Both the position numbers and the translations under genes were made by a program. 64,000 nucleotides of DNA from Bacteroidota bacterium (GTDB lineage: Bacteria > Bacteroidota > Bacteroidia > Bacteroidales > VadinHA17): assembly GCA_034659275.1 (NCBI GenBank), contig JAYEGY010000013.1:3299-67298 (forward strand), in the 5' to 3' direction. A model generated the notes under the pieces. The model ran no database searches, had not been told where the DNA came from, and worked only from the letters and a program-made list of their open reading frames with translations. Below, one piece after another: positions 18,931-28,293 of this stretch (position 1 is its first letter; every line of letters begins with the position of its first letter).

Positions 18931-19734
18931 ATGGATAGTAAGAAGGTATTATTCGTATCACAGGAAATAACTCCTTATTTGACAGAAACAGAGATTTCCA
19001 CCATCAGCAGATATTTGCCTCAGGGGATACAGGAGAGGGGGAAAGAGATAAGGACGTTCATGCCGCGATACGGTTGCATCAATGAACGGCGCAACCAGTT
19101 GCATGAGGTGATACGTTTATCGGGAATGAATTTGATAATAGATGATACTGACCATCCCCTGATCATCAAAGTTGCAAGCATCCAGGCTGCGAGGATGCAG
19201 GTTTACTTTATTGATAATGAAGATTATTTCCATCGCAAGCATGTAGTAAGAAACGCCAAAGGGGAGGAATATTCCGATAACGATGAGCGTACAATATTTT
19301 TTGCACGAGGAGTGCTGGAAACGGTTAAGAAGTTGAGGTGGCCCCCCGATATAGTTCATTGTCATGGCTGGATGGCTGCACTGGTTCCCCTTTATTTGCG
19401 TACGGTATATGAAGACGATCCGATTTTTGTCGATGTGAAAATTATTTATTCCGTATACAATAACGATTTCAAAAAACCGTTCAGGGAAACGTTCCCTGAT
19501 AAACTGGTTTCTGACGGGATCGATAAAAAATACGTTGATTTTCCGGGGAGGGCCGATTTTTATACTATTTCTAAATTAGCCATTGATCATTCGGATGGCA
19601 TAATTATTGGTAGTAAGGAGATAAATAACGAAGTGAAGAAATATATTGAGTCACAGGATAAGCCTGTACTGGGATATCAAGATGAAGAGGAATATATTGA
19701 TGCGTATAATGAATTTTATGATAAAATTGTCTGA
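18931..19734 (+). CDS. Short glycogen/starch-synthase-like protein (N-terminal GT domain only)
   Basis: KVLFVSQEITPY... and HCHGWMAALVPLYL resemble the glycogen synthase N-domain. The panC-divergent position is as I recall it in other Bacteroidota. Confidence 0.6.
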   Translation: MDSKKVLFVSQEITPYLTETEISTISRYLPQGIQERGKEIRTFMPRYGCINERRNQLHEVIRLSGMNLIIDDTDHPLIIKVASIQAARMQVYFIDNEDYFHRKHVVRNAKGEEYSDNDERTIFFARGVLETVKKLRWPPDIVHCHGWMAALVPLYLRTVYEDDPIFVDVKIIYSVYNNDFKKPFRETFPDKLVSDGIDKKYVDFPGRADFYTISKLAIDHSDGIIIGSKEINNEVKKYIESQDKPVLGYQDEEEYIDAYNEFYDKIV

Positions 19735-21058
19735 ACATCCACGCTCTGCGGTTACGATAATAAGATCACTTAAGAAACAAATACACAAAATACTGGTACT
19801 ACCTGTGCTGGTGACATTTTTTGTTATGTCATGTGAGGAAGACCCCGCCTCCATAGGAGAGGGCATACTGCCCCAGTCTGATTTTGACAGTATAGTGGCC
19901 ATTGACACCATAGGCGTTGAGATGTATACACTCTTCTCTGACTCTGCAACATCAATGCAGCCCACGGTTTCCTACCTCGGGAAAATCCTTGATCCTTATT
20001 TTGGTCTTACAAGTTCTGATTTTGTAAGCCAGTTATGGATAGCAGCCGAGTGGCCGGCCGATGGCTTCACTATAGATTCGGTGAAAATGAAGTTTGAAAT
20101 AACAGATGTTATGGGAGAGATGGTAGGCACGAATACTCTTAACATATATGAGATTGCTGAAAAACTATCAGCAGACTCAACCTACCTGGTAAGCAGTGAT
20201 GTTCCCATTAAAGACCTCATGGTATCGGTTGAGATACCGCCCTTAGAGGAAGGCACTGATACCGTTCTGACCATGGATCTGCCTTTATCGTTTGGTGAAT
20301 ATTTGCTGAGGGACACATCAATACTATACCTCCGGAGCGACACTGTTGACTGGAGGGACTTTTTCTACGGACTTTATTTTGAATATCCGCAGACGGATAA
20401 CTATCATATGCTGCAGTTAAACATGGTTAAAAGCAGTGAGTCAACAAGCTCTTATGCCGGTGCAACCATAGTTATTTATTATACCAATGGTATGGGCTAC
20501 GAGAGAACTTACGCGTTTACCATAAATCCCAGGTGTATGCTTTACAACAGGTACCTGCACGACTTTGAAGCGGCTGAGCCGGATAAAAAAATAAAATATA
20601 TAAATGAGCCGATTAGGGATACACTTGCTTATGTGCAATCTATGGAAGGCGTATATTCAAAACTATCTATTCCCGGGCTTGAGTTCCTTAGGTTGGTACC
20701 CTATGATGTAGCGATTAACAAAGCCAGGCTCTATCTGCCTGTATACATTAGCGGACCTGATTATACAGAAGAGATGGTACCCGGAAACATTTATATGCGG
20801 TATGACAGCGCAGGGGTAAAGAGGGTACTGTCGGATTATTTTATTGACCCTTCATTTCTTGACGGTACTTATAACAAGGTGAATGATCTTTACAAGGTCA
20901 ATATTTCAAATTTTGTGCAGAACTACATTGAGGGAAGGGTAAATGAACCCGTTATAGAAATTTATTTACCCGAGCTCAGCACAAAGAACCTTATCTTAAA
21001 AGCCAACAGGGAAAGTGAAGATGCCGTCAGGTTTGAGCTTACCTATACTGTCCTATAA
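19718..21058 (+). CDS. DUF4270-like lipoprotein
   Basis: Lipobox-like VTFFVMSC. It follows the glgA-like gene as DUF4270 genes typically do. The start is uncertain (Met codons at 19700, 19709 and 19718) and overlaps the glgA-like 3' end. Confidence 0.55.
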   Translation: MIKLSEHPRSAVTIIRSLKKQIHKILVLPVLVTFFVMSCEEDPASIGEGILPQSDFDSIVAIDTIGVEMYTLFSDSATSMQPTVSYLGKILDPYFGLTSSDFVSQLWIAAEWPADGFTIDSVKMKFEITDVMGEMVGTNTLNIYEIAEKLSADSTYLVSSDVPIKDLMVSVEIPPLEEGTDTVLTMDLPLSFGEYLLRDTSILYLRSDTVDWRDFFYGLYFEYPQTDNYHMLQLNMVKSSESTSSYAGATIVIYYTNGMGYERTYAFTINPRCMLYNRYLHDFEAAEPDKKIKYINEPIRDTLAYVQSMEGVYSKLSIPGLEFLRLVPYDVAINKARLYLPVYISGPDYTEEMVPGNIYMRYDSAGVKRVLSDYFIDPSFLDGTYNKVNDLYKVNISNFVQNYIEGRVNEPVIEIYLPELSTKNLILKANRESEDAVRFELTYTVL

Positions 21059-21071
21059 GAACCCGGGGATA

Positions 21072-22124
21072 TCATCTTTTAACATATTGCTCTTCATAGT
21101 ATTTTTCATAATCTCCTGACAGTACATTGAGCAACCACTCTTCATTCTCCAGGTACCAGTCGATAGTTTTGCTCATTCCCTCCCTGAAGTTATGATCCGG
21201 AGACCAGCCCAGTTCATTAATTATTTTGGAGGGATCGATAGCATATCGTTTATCATGACCGGCACGGTCCTTAACGAAGGTGATGAGTTTTGCCGACTCA
21301 CCGGCCGGTCTTCCCAGTTTTTTGTCCATCAGTTCACTGAGAAGATATATAAGATCAATATTTTTCCACTCGTTATTACCCCCGATATTGTAGGTTTCAC
21401 CATGCTTTCCCCTGTGGAAAATAAGATCAACAGCCTTTGCATGGTCTTCCACGTAGAGCCAGTCCCTGATATTTTCTCCTTTCCCGTACACGGGAACCTC
21501 CTTCCCTTTTTTAATGTTATTGATGGCAAGGGGGATAAGCTTTTCTGGGAACTGGTTCGGCCCGTAATTATTTGAACAGTTGCTTATGACCACCGGCAGG
21601 CCGTAGGTGTTGAAATAAGCACGCACGAAGTGGTCCGAGCCGGCTTTGGATGCGGAGTAAGGGCTGCGGGGATCGTAGGCAGAGCTTTCGGTGAAACGAC
21701 CGACATTTCCCAGTGAACCGTAAACCTCGTCGGTGGATATATGGTAAAAGATTTTTCCTTCGGCCTCGGTCCATATTTTCCTCGAGGCATTGAGCAGGTT
21801 AACCGTACCTATAATATTGGTATAGACAAATTCTTTTGGTGATGATATTGACCTGTCGACATGTGATTCAGCTGCCAGGTGAATAATGCCGTCAAACTGG
21901 TATTTATCGAACAATGAAAATACGGCATCTTCGTCTACAATATCTATCTTCTCGAACCTGTAGTTGTCGGCTTTCTCAATATCTGTAAGGTTCCGGAGAT
22001 TGCCGGCATAGGTCAGTTTGTCTGCATTGACAAGCAGGTAAGACGGGTAATTCCTTACGAACTGGCGCACCACATGAGATCCTATAAATCCGGCACCGCC
22101 TGTTATTAATACTGATCTGTTCAT
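21072..22124 (-). CDS. rfbB: dTDP-glucose 4,6-dehydratase
   Basis: GGAGFIGSHV Rossmann motif, YSASKAGSDH (YxxxK), 350 aa. Confidence 0.9.
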   Translation of the reverse strand: MNRSVLITGGAGFIGSHVVRQFVRNYPSYLLVNADKLTYAGNLRNLTDIEKADNYRFEKIDIVDEDAVFSLFDKYQFDGIIHLAAESHVDRSISSPKEFVYTNIIGTVNLLNASRKIWTEAEGKIFYHISTDEVYGSLGNVGRFTESSAYDPRSPYSASKAGSDHFVRAYFNTYGLPVVISNCSNNYGPNQFPEKLIPLAINNIKKGKEVPVYGKGENIRDWLYVEDHAKAVDLIFHRGKHGETYNIGGNNEWKNIDLIYLLSELMDKKLGRPAGESAKLITFVKDRAGHDKRYAIDPSKIINELGWSPDHNFREGMSKTIDWYLENEEWLLNVLSGDYEKYYEEQYVKR

Positions 22125-22140
22125 ATTTTTCTGTGATACT

Positions 22141-23169
22141 TTATTTCAGGTTACGATAACTGAGTTCCCAGTCCCATGCAGATTTCATGGCTTCATCGAG
22201 GGAATATTTCGTTGACCAGCCCATCTCCTTATTGGCCCGCGAAGGGTCGGCCCATATCTTCTCAATATCACCGGGTCTTCTTCCAACGACCCGGTATTTC
22301 AGTTTTTTCCCCGATACCCTTTCAAAGGATTTTATCGCTTCAAATACTGACACTCCTTCGCCTGTTCCGAGGTTAAATATTTCGTAGTTGTCCTTATTCT
22401 TATCTTCGAGGAGTCTTTTCAGTGCAACCACGTGTGCCTGCGCCAGGTCAACAACGTGCAGGTAATCACGAATGCATGATCCGTCGGGTGTGTCATAGTC
22501 GTCGCCAAACACTTTCAGTTCATCCCTTACACCTGCGGCTGTCTGTGTAATAAAAGGCACCAGGTTTTCAGGTACGCCTATGGGCAATTCCCCTATATGT
22601 GAGGAGGGATGTGCACCTATTGGATTGAAGTACCTCAGTGAAATACCCTTGAGTTTTTTATTGGAATGCAGGGTATCTCTTATTATGTCTTCACCTATCT
22701 TTTTTGTATTCCCGTAAGGCGAAACGGCTTCCTGTATGGGGGAATCTTCGGACACCGGCAATTTATCCGGTTGACCATAGACTGTACACGATGAAGAGAA
22801 GACCATTGAAGGGATATTGAAGTTTTGCATGCACTGCAAGAGGTTAATAAGGGATACAAGGTTGTTATGGTAATACAGCAGTGGTTTTTCCACTGATTCA
22901 CCCACGGCTTTATAGGCAGCAAAATGTATGATGGATTCAATATCAGGATTGAGAGAAAAAAATGCTTCCAGCCTGTCCATATTGCACAGGTCAATTTCCT
23001 CAAATACCGGCTTAGTGCCTGTAATGCGTTCAATTCCGTCAAGTACTTTAATATCCGAATTAGCCAGATTATCAATTATAAAGACATCAAAGCCTTCATT
23101 CTGCAGTTCAACAACAGTATGCGATCCTATATAACCTGTTCCTCCCGTGACCAGTACTTTGTTTTTCAT
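22141..23169 (-). CDS. galE: UDP-glucose 4-epimerase
   Basis: GGTGYIGSHT and YGNTKKIGE (YxxxK), 342 aa. Confidence 0.9.
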   Translation of the reverse strand: MKNKVLVTGGTGYIGSHTVVELQNEGFDVFIIDNLANSDIKVLDGIERITGTKPVFEEIDLCNMDRLEAFFSLNPDIESIIHFAAYKAVGESVEKPLLYYHNNLVSLINLLQCMQNFNIPSMVFSSSCTVYGQPDKLPVSEDSPIQEAVSPYGNTKKIGEDIIRDTLHSNKKLKGISLRYFNPIGAHPSSHIGELPIGVPENLVPFITQTAAGVRDELKVFGDDYDTPDGSCIRDYLHVVDLAQAHVVALKRLLEDKNKDNYEIFNLGTGEGVSVFEAIKSFERVSGKKLKYRVVGRRPGDIEKIWADPSRANKEMGWSTKYSLDEAMKSAWDWELSYRNLK

Positions 23170-23172
23170 TTT

Positions 23173-24462
23173 TTATAAGCTCCAGTAAGTTAATTTCTTT
23201 ATTTTACCCCTGTACATACCTTTTATGTCAACAAGTATTCCGTTTTTATCCAGTAATTTTGCAAAATAATCTTCACCGAGCTCAAGATACTGTGCATGGT
23301 TCACCGCAACAATCACCGCATCATATTTGCCTGACGGTTTATCCTTCAGTTCCAGGCCGTATTCTTTTTTTACATCACCGGGATCGGCATTGGGATCCAC
23401 CACATCAACGGCACAGCCGAAATCAACCAGTTCATCTATAACATCGACCACCTTAGAATTTCTTATGTCGCTTACATTTTCCTTGAATGTTATTCCCATT
23501 ATGAGTGTTTTTGCTCCTTTAGGGCTTTTAGACGCTGCGATGATTTTTTTTACTGTTTGTTTTCCTACATAGCCTCCCATGCTATCGTTAACAAATCGTC
23601 CTGAATCGATCATCTGGGGGTGATAACCCAACTCCTTGGCCTTATAGGACAGGTAATAGGGATCGACACCTATACAGTGGCCTCCCACGAGCCCGGGAAA
23701 GAACTTCAGGAAATTCCATTTTGTCCCTGCTGCTTCAAGGACCTCATAGGTGTTGATACCCATCCTGTTGAATATTATTGACAGTTCATTCATGAAGGCA
23801 ATATTAATATCCCTCTGGGTGTTCTCGATGATTTTCGCAGCTTCGGCCACTTTAATTGAGCTTGCCCTATGCACTCCCGCATCGATTATCAATTCGTATA
23901 CCCGTGCTATTTCTTCAGCTGATTGCTCATCACAGCCACTGGTGACCTTTACTATTGAATTGAGGGTGTTGATTTTATCCCCCGGGTTTATCCTCTCAGG
24001 AGAGAAGCCTGCCTTGAAATCGTTGCGATATTTCAGGGAGGATAATTTTTCAAGCACCGGGACACAGTCTTCCTCGGTACACCCCGGGTAGACAGTAGAT
24101 TCATATACCACGTAATCTCCCTTTTTCAGTATTTTGCCCACGGTTTCGGATGCCGCCATCACCGGCCGCAGGTCGGGCAGGTTATGCTTATCGGTGGGTG
24201 TGGGCACTGCTATTATATGAAAAGAAGCTTCTTTAAGTTCTTCCGGGTCGCTTGTAAAATGTATATTGATATCGTCAAAGGCTTCATCAGGGACTTCACC
24301 ATTAGGATCAACGCCCTTCTTCATGCTTTCAAGCCTGTCAGCACGTATATCAAAACCTATTACTTCTATTTTCCTGGCGAAAGCCAGTGCTATTGGCAGG
24401 CCTACATATCCCAGGCCTATAACTGATAATTTAGTCTTTCCTTCAACTAGTTCTTTGTACAT
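23173..24462 (-). CDS. Nucleotide-sugar 6-dehydrogenase (UDP-GlcNAc / UDP-ManNAc dehydrogenase type, WbpA/TviB-like)
   Basis: Rossmann motif VIGLGYVGLPIALAF and catalytic GGHCIGVDPYY. Confidence 0.8.
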   Translation of the reverse strand: MYKELVEGKTKLSVIGLGYVGLPIALAFARKIEVIGFDIRADRLESMKKGVDPNGEVPDEAFDDINIHFTSDPEELKEASFHIIAVPTPTDKHNLPDLRPVMAASETVGKILKKGDYVVYESTVYPGCTEEDCVPVLEKLSSLKYRNDFKAGFSPERINPGDKINTLNSIVKVTSGCDEQSAEEIARVYELIIDAGVHRASSIKVAEAAKIIENTQRDINIAFMNELSIIFNRMGINTYEVLEAAGTKWNFLKFFPGLVGGHCIGVDPYYLSYKAKELGYHPQMIDSGRFVNDSMGGYVGKQTVKKIIAASKSPKGAKTLIMGITFKENVSDIRNSKVVDVIDELVDFGCAVDVVDPNADPGDVKKEYGLELKDKPSGKYDAVIVAVNHAQYLELGEDYFAKLLDKNGILVDIKGMYRGKIKKLTYWSL

Positions 24463-24464
24463 CT

Positions 24465-25430
24465 TTATATTTTATTAATGATATCAAAAGCAAAAGGATG
24501 TATTTCACCTTTACTTGTTTGAGCTTTACTGTTACGTATTTCATATACTGTCTGCACCGAATTACGTGCATCACTCAGTCCAAAGCCCGCTCCTGAGAGG
24601 ATCTGCCTGTATGTTTCATTATGGAGGTCAGTAAAGCCCCCGCTGAATTCTATCTCCTCACCTTCAACACGTATTGAACGGTATGTTCTCTGGTCTTTCT
24701 GTTTTATTTCATCCGGCAGGTCATTATAGTCTATGCTGAGGAACCATCGTACCCTGGCATTCTCCAGTTCGAGGTAGCCGGCTGCCTTGTCTTCTTCGAG
24801 GAGGTGAACGTAATTGTTCTTTACATCACCGAAGACCCAGCTGAGCATGTCAAAGAAGTGTATGCCTATATTGGTGGCCACCCCTCCGGATTTCTGAATG
24901 TCACCTTTCCATGAAAATTTATACCAGTTACCCCTGCTGGTGATATATGTAAGGTCAATATCATGGTTGAGTTTTTGTTTCTCCTTCATTATTTGTTCCC
25001 TGAGGGCAAGGATTGAAGGGTGAAGCCTCAGCTGCAGTACGGTATATACTTTTTTCCCTGTTTCTTTCTCTATCTCCTGCAGGGCATCAATATTCCAGGG
25101 GTTAAGGACAATGGGTTTTTCGCAGATGGCATCGGCCCGGTGCCTGAGGGCGAATCTTATATGTGAGTCGTGCAGGAAATTAGGTGAGCATATACTTACA
25201 TAATCAATCTTTATGCCCATTCTCTTAAGTTTTTCAAAGTGACGGTCGAAGCGTTCAAACTCAACAAAAAAATCGCTGTCAGGAAAATACTGGTCTATGA
25301 TACCCACGCTGTCAAAGGGGTCGAGGCTGGCAAGGAGGTTATTACCCGTTTGTTTTATCGCTGCAAGGTGCCGCACTGCTATGTAGCCTGCCACACCTAT
25401 CAGCCCGAAATTTTTTGGTCTGTCACTCAT
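24465..25430 (-). CDS. Gfo/Idh/MocA oxidoreductase (WbpB-like)
   Basis: N-terminal FGLIGVAGYIAVRH Rossmann motif. It sits between a sugar dehydrogenase and an acetyltransferase/aminotransferase pair. Confidence 0.7.
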   Translation of the reverse strand: MSDRPKNFGLIGVAGYIAVRHLAAIKQTGNNLLASLDPFDSVGIIDQYFPDSDFFVEFERFDRHFEKLKRMGIKIDYVSICSPNFLHDSHIRFALRHRADAICEKPIVLNPWNIDALQEIEKETGKKVYTVLQLRLHPSILALREQIMKEKQKLNHDIDLTYITSRGNWYKFSWKGDIQKSGGVATNIGIHFFDMLSWVFGDVKNNYVHLLEEDKAAGYLELENARVRWFLSIDYNDLPDEIKQKDQRTYRSIRVEGEEIEFSGGFTDLHNETYRQILSGAGFGLSDARNSVQTVYEIRNSKAQTSKGEIHPFAFDIINKI

Positions 25431-25454
25431 AGGTCTTTTTTATGAACTGTAAAA

Positions 25455-26033
25455 CTAATCAATAATTTTAGAAACCTCATTTCCCGCGAGCCTGTATTTA
25501 TCCCCGCTCTCAGGACATACGGCTATGTTATCATCATTGAATTCAAGCCTGTGCCCGTATTCGCTCATCCAGCCTACGTGCTTTGCCGGATTACCTATAA
25601 CAAGTGAATATGGTTTTACCTCGCGGGTAAGCACAGCTCCTGCGCCTATAAATGCATATTCACCTATATTGTTACCACATATGATTGTTGCATTTGCTCC
25701 TATGGTTGCTCCTTTGCCAACAATTGTCTTTACATACTGATCACGACGTACCACCGCACTCCTGGGGTTGACTATGTTGGTAAAGACCATTGAAGGTCCA
25801 AGGAAGACATCATCTTCACATATCACACCGGTATACACCGATACATTATTCTGTACCTTGACATTATTACCCAGGATAACTCCCGGTGATATCACCACGT
25901 TTTGCCCCAGGTTACATTTTTCGCCCAGTTCGGCACCGGTCATAACATGGGTGAAATGCCATATACGGCATCCCTTACCTATTTTGCAGCCTTCATCAAT
26001 AACTGCTGTTTCGTGAGCAAAATAATCATCCAT
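25455..26033 (-). CDS. Hexapeptide-repeat N-acetyltransferase (WbpD-like)
   Basis: Left-handed beta-helix hexapeptide periodicity (IGKGCRIW, LGQNVVISPGV, IGANATII, IGAGAVL). Confidence 0.7.
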   Translation of the reverse strand: MDDYFAHETAVIDEGCKIGKGCRIWHFTHVMTGAELGEKCNLGQNVVISPGVILGNNVKVQNNVSVYTGVICEDDVFLGPSMVFTNIVNPRSAVVRRDQYVKTIVGKGATIGANATIICGNNIGEYAFIGAGAVLTREVKPYSLVIGNPAKHVGWMSEYGHRLEFNDDNIAVCPESGDKYRLAGNEVSKIID

Positions 26034-26036
26034 GAT

Positions 26037-27170
26037 TTACTTTTCTTCGAAAAACTTATAAATATTGTCGCATATATACTTTAGCTGGTCAATGGTAAGT
26101 TCTGTGTGCATCGGGAGGGACAGTACAGAGCTGCATAAGGATACGGTCACCGGAAATGCCTCATCTTTAATATCCGGGTAACTATAGGCTTTTTGTTTAT
26201 GCATAGGCACGGGGTAATACACCATTGACGGTATGTTCTTTTCTGCAAGGTACTTTTTCAGTTTATCCCTGTCGTTGGGATCTGTCTTTATAGTATACTG
26301 GTGAAAAATATGTGTTGACTTGTTCGATCTGTAAGGGGATATCACCCTGCTGGTCTGGCTTAACTGCCTGTCATAAAAGGAAGCGGCATTCCGGCGTGCG
26401 TTATTGTATTCATCGAGGTACCTGAGTTTCACCCTGAGTATGGCAGCCTGCAGTGCATCAAGCCTTGAATTCACACCTATATCGTCATGGTAATATTTCC
26501 TGGTGCTGCCATGGTTGGTAATACTGCGTATCGTGGTTGCCAGTTCGTCATCATTGGTAAATATTGCACCGCCGTCACCGTAACACCCAAGGTTCTTTGA
26601 CGGGAAGAAGGATGTGCAGCCCACGTCACCCATGGTACCGGCTTTTTGTCTTGTGCTGTCGGAAAATATATAGTCAGTTCCTGTTGCCTGGGCGGCATCC
26701 TCGATAACAAAAAGTTTATGTTTGCGGGCTATTTTCAGTATCTCCTCCATATCGGCTGAATGGCCGAATAAATGCACAGGTATTATTGCCCTTGTCCTTG
26801 GGCTTATTGCTTTCTCAATGGCTGCGGGTGATATATTAAAGGTATCCGGTTCAGGTTCCACAAAGACGGGCCGTAGACCAAGAAGTGCAATAACCTCCAC
26901 GCTGGCAATGAAAGTAAAATCGGTAATTATCACTTCGTCACCCGGCTTCAGGTCAAGTGCCATCATTGCCACCTGGAGGGCATCGGTGCCGTTAGCACAG
27001 CTGATAACATGCTTAACCCCAAGGTAAGAGGCCAGTTCTTCCTCAAAATGTTTTACTTCAGGCCCCCGTATAAAAACAGAGGAATCAATTACTGACTGTA
27101 TAGCGGAGTCGATTTCGTTCTTTATTCTATCATACTGACCCTTAAGGTCAACCATTCTCAGTTCTTTCAT
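26037..27170 (-). CDS. DegT/DnrJ/EryC1/StrS sugar aminotransferase (WbpE-like)
   Basis: The SFFPSKNLGCYGDGG PLP-lysine region and CANGTDAL. Confidence 0.85.
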   Translation of the reverse strand: MKELRMVDLKGQYDRIKNEIDSAIQSVIDSSVFIRGPEVKHFEEELASYLGVKHVISCANGTDALQVAMMALDLKPGDEVIITDFTFIASVEVIALLGLRPVFVEPEPDTFNISPAAIEKAISPRTRAIIPVHLFGHSADMEEILKIARKHKLFVIEDAAQATGTDYIFSDSTRQKAGTMGDVGCTSFFPSKNLGCYGDGGAIFTNDDELATTIRSITNHGSTRKYYHDDIGVNSRLDALQAAILRVKLRYLDEYNNARRNAASFYDRQLSQTSRVISPYRSNKSTHIFHQYTIKTDPNDRDKLKKYLAEKNIPSMVYYPVPMHKQKAYSYPDIKDEAFPVTVSLCSSVLSLPMHTELTIDQLKYICDNIYKFFEEK

Positions 27171-27252
27171 TTCATTCCTTATTTTCAGAGATAGGAACAG
27201 CGAAGATAATATTTAGATTGCTGAGATGAAATAAATATTCAAAGACTTTTAC

Positions 27253-27260
27253 TATTTTTG
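27253..27260 (+). promoter_or_regulatory. -7 box TATTTTTG for the SPOR-domain gene
   Basis: Exact TAnnTTTG match 22 nt upstream of the ATG at 27282. This supports that start over the TTG at 27258. Confidence 0.4.
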
Positions 27261-27281
27261 TATTCAAGAGAGCAGATTAAT

Positions 27282-28292
27282 ATGAAAGATCTCAGTCCGT
27301 TCATAAGGGAGCTGTTATTCAGCCACGATTGTGTTATCCTTCCCGGCTTTGGGGGTTTTATAGGCAATTATACGCCGGCGAGGATAGACAGGGATACACA
27401 TACTTTTCATCCTCCGGTGAAGGCTATTTCCTTTAACACCAGGCTCAGCCATAATGATGGATTGCTGATAGGCAAGATATCAGAGAAAAAAGGTATAGGG
27501 TATGCTGATTCAAAGCGCATAGTGGAAGATTATATCAGTGGAATGAGGGATAAGCTAGACAAGGGCGAACGTGTACAACTGGAAGGGATAGGTCATTTCC
27601 AGTTGAACAAAGAGGGAAGCCCGCTGTTTGAACCCGACAATGATATTAATTATCTCCTGGATGCTTACGGGCTATCAGCATTTACAAGGGAGCCGGTTGA
27701 GGATTATGATATATCAAAAGCTGTCATCAGGCAACGCGACAAAGATCCCGTTGTAATGGCTAAGCGCAGGAGGATGATCTGGAGGGCAGCTGTGGCTATA
27801 CCTTTTGTCCTGGCCATGATAGTTGTTCCCCTGAAGACCGACCTCTTCCAGTCCAATGCCGGTCTTAACCTCCTTGCAAAGGTCGAGTTTGAAGAGATAA
27901 AGACAGCACAGGATGAGTTATTCAGGGAAATGCCTGAAACACACAGGGTAGGTGAAAACGTGCCTGTGGATGAAACGGAGGGTGTTGATGAAAATGTAAA
28001 TAAGGCAACATCTGCTGAGACCGTGGAAAGTCCTTTTACTGAAGAACAGGAATCGGTAACCCGTGGTGCAGATGTTTATTACCTTATAGTGGGGAGTTTC
28101 AAGGATGATGGTAATGCAGATCGACAGTTCAATGATATTGCCGGCAAGGGTTACAATCCTGAATTATTAAGGGCAGAAAACGGTTATTACAGGGTTTCCG
28201 TCGAATCATTCGTTACCAGGCAGGAGGCAATTGATGAACGTAACCGGCTGAGTGAGGTGTTTGAAGCAATCTGGATCTGGGAAAAGAAATAG
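27282..28292 (+). CDS. HU-like N-terminal domain / SPOR-domain membrane protein
   Basis: N-terminal LLFSHDCVILPGFGGFIGNY, a central TM helix, and a C-terminal SPOR-like YYLIVGSFKDDGNADRQF...YYRVSVESF. Confidence 0.65.
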   Translation: MKDLSPFIRELLFSHDCVILPGFGGFIGNYTPARIDRDTHTFHPPVKAISFNTRLSHNDGLLIGKISEKKGIGYADSKRIVEDYISGMRDKLDKGERVQLEGIGHFQLNKEGSPLFEPDNDINYLLDAYGLSAFTREPVEDYDISKAVIRQRDKDPVVMAKRRRMIWRAAVAIPFVLAMIVVPLKTDLFQSNAGLNLLAKVEFEEIKTAQDELFREMPETHRVGENVPVDETEGVDENVNKATSAETVESPFTEEQESVTRGADVYYLIVGSFKDDGNADRQFNDIAGKGYNPELLRAENGYYRVSVESFVTRQEAIDERNRLSEVFEAIWIWEKK

Positions 28293-28293
28293 G

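Noticed and set aside
21568-21790. Two overlapping 68-aa Arg/Pro-rich minus-strand ORFs
   Set aside because: They are alternative frames inside rfbB, which has complete SDR motifs, so they are compositional artefacts.
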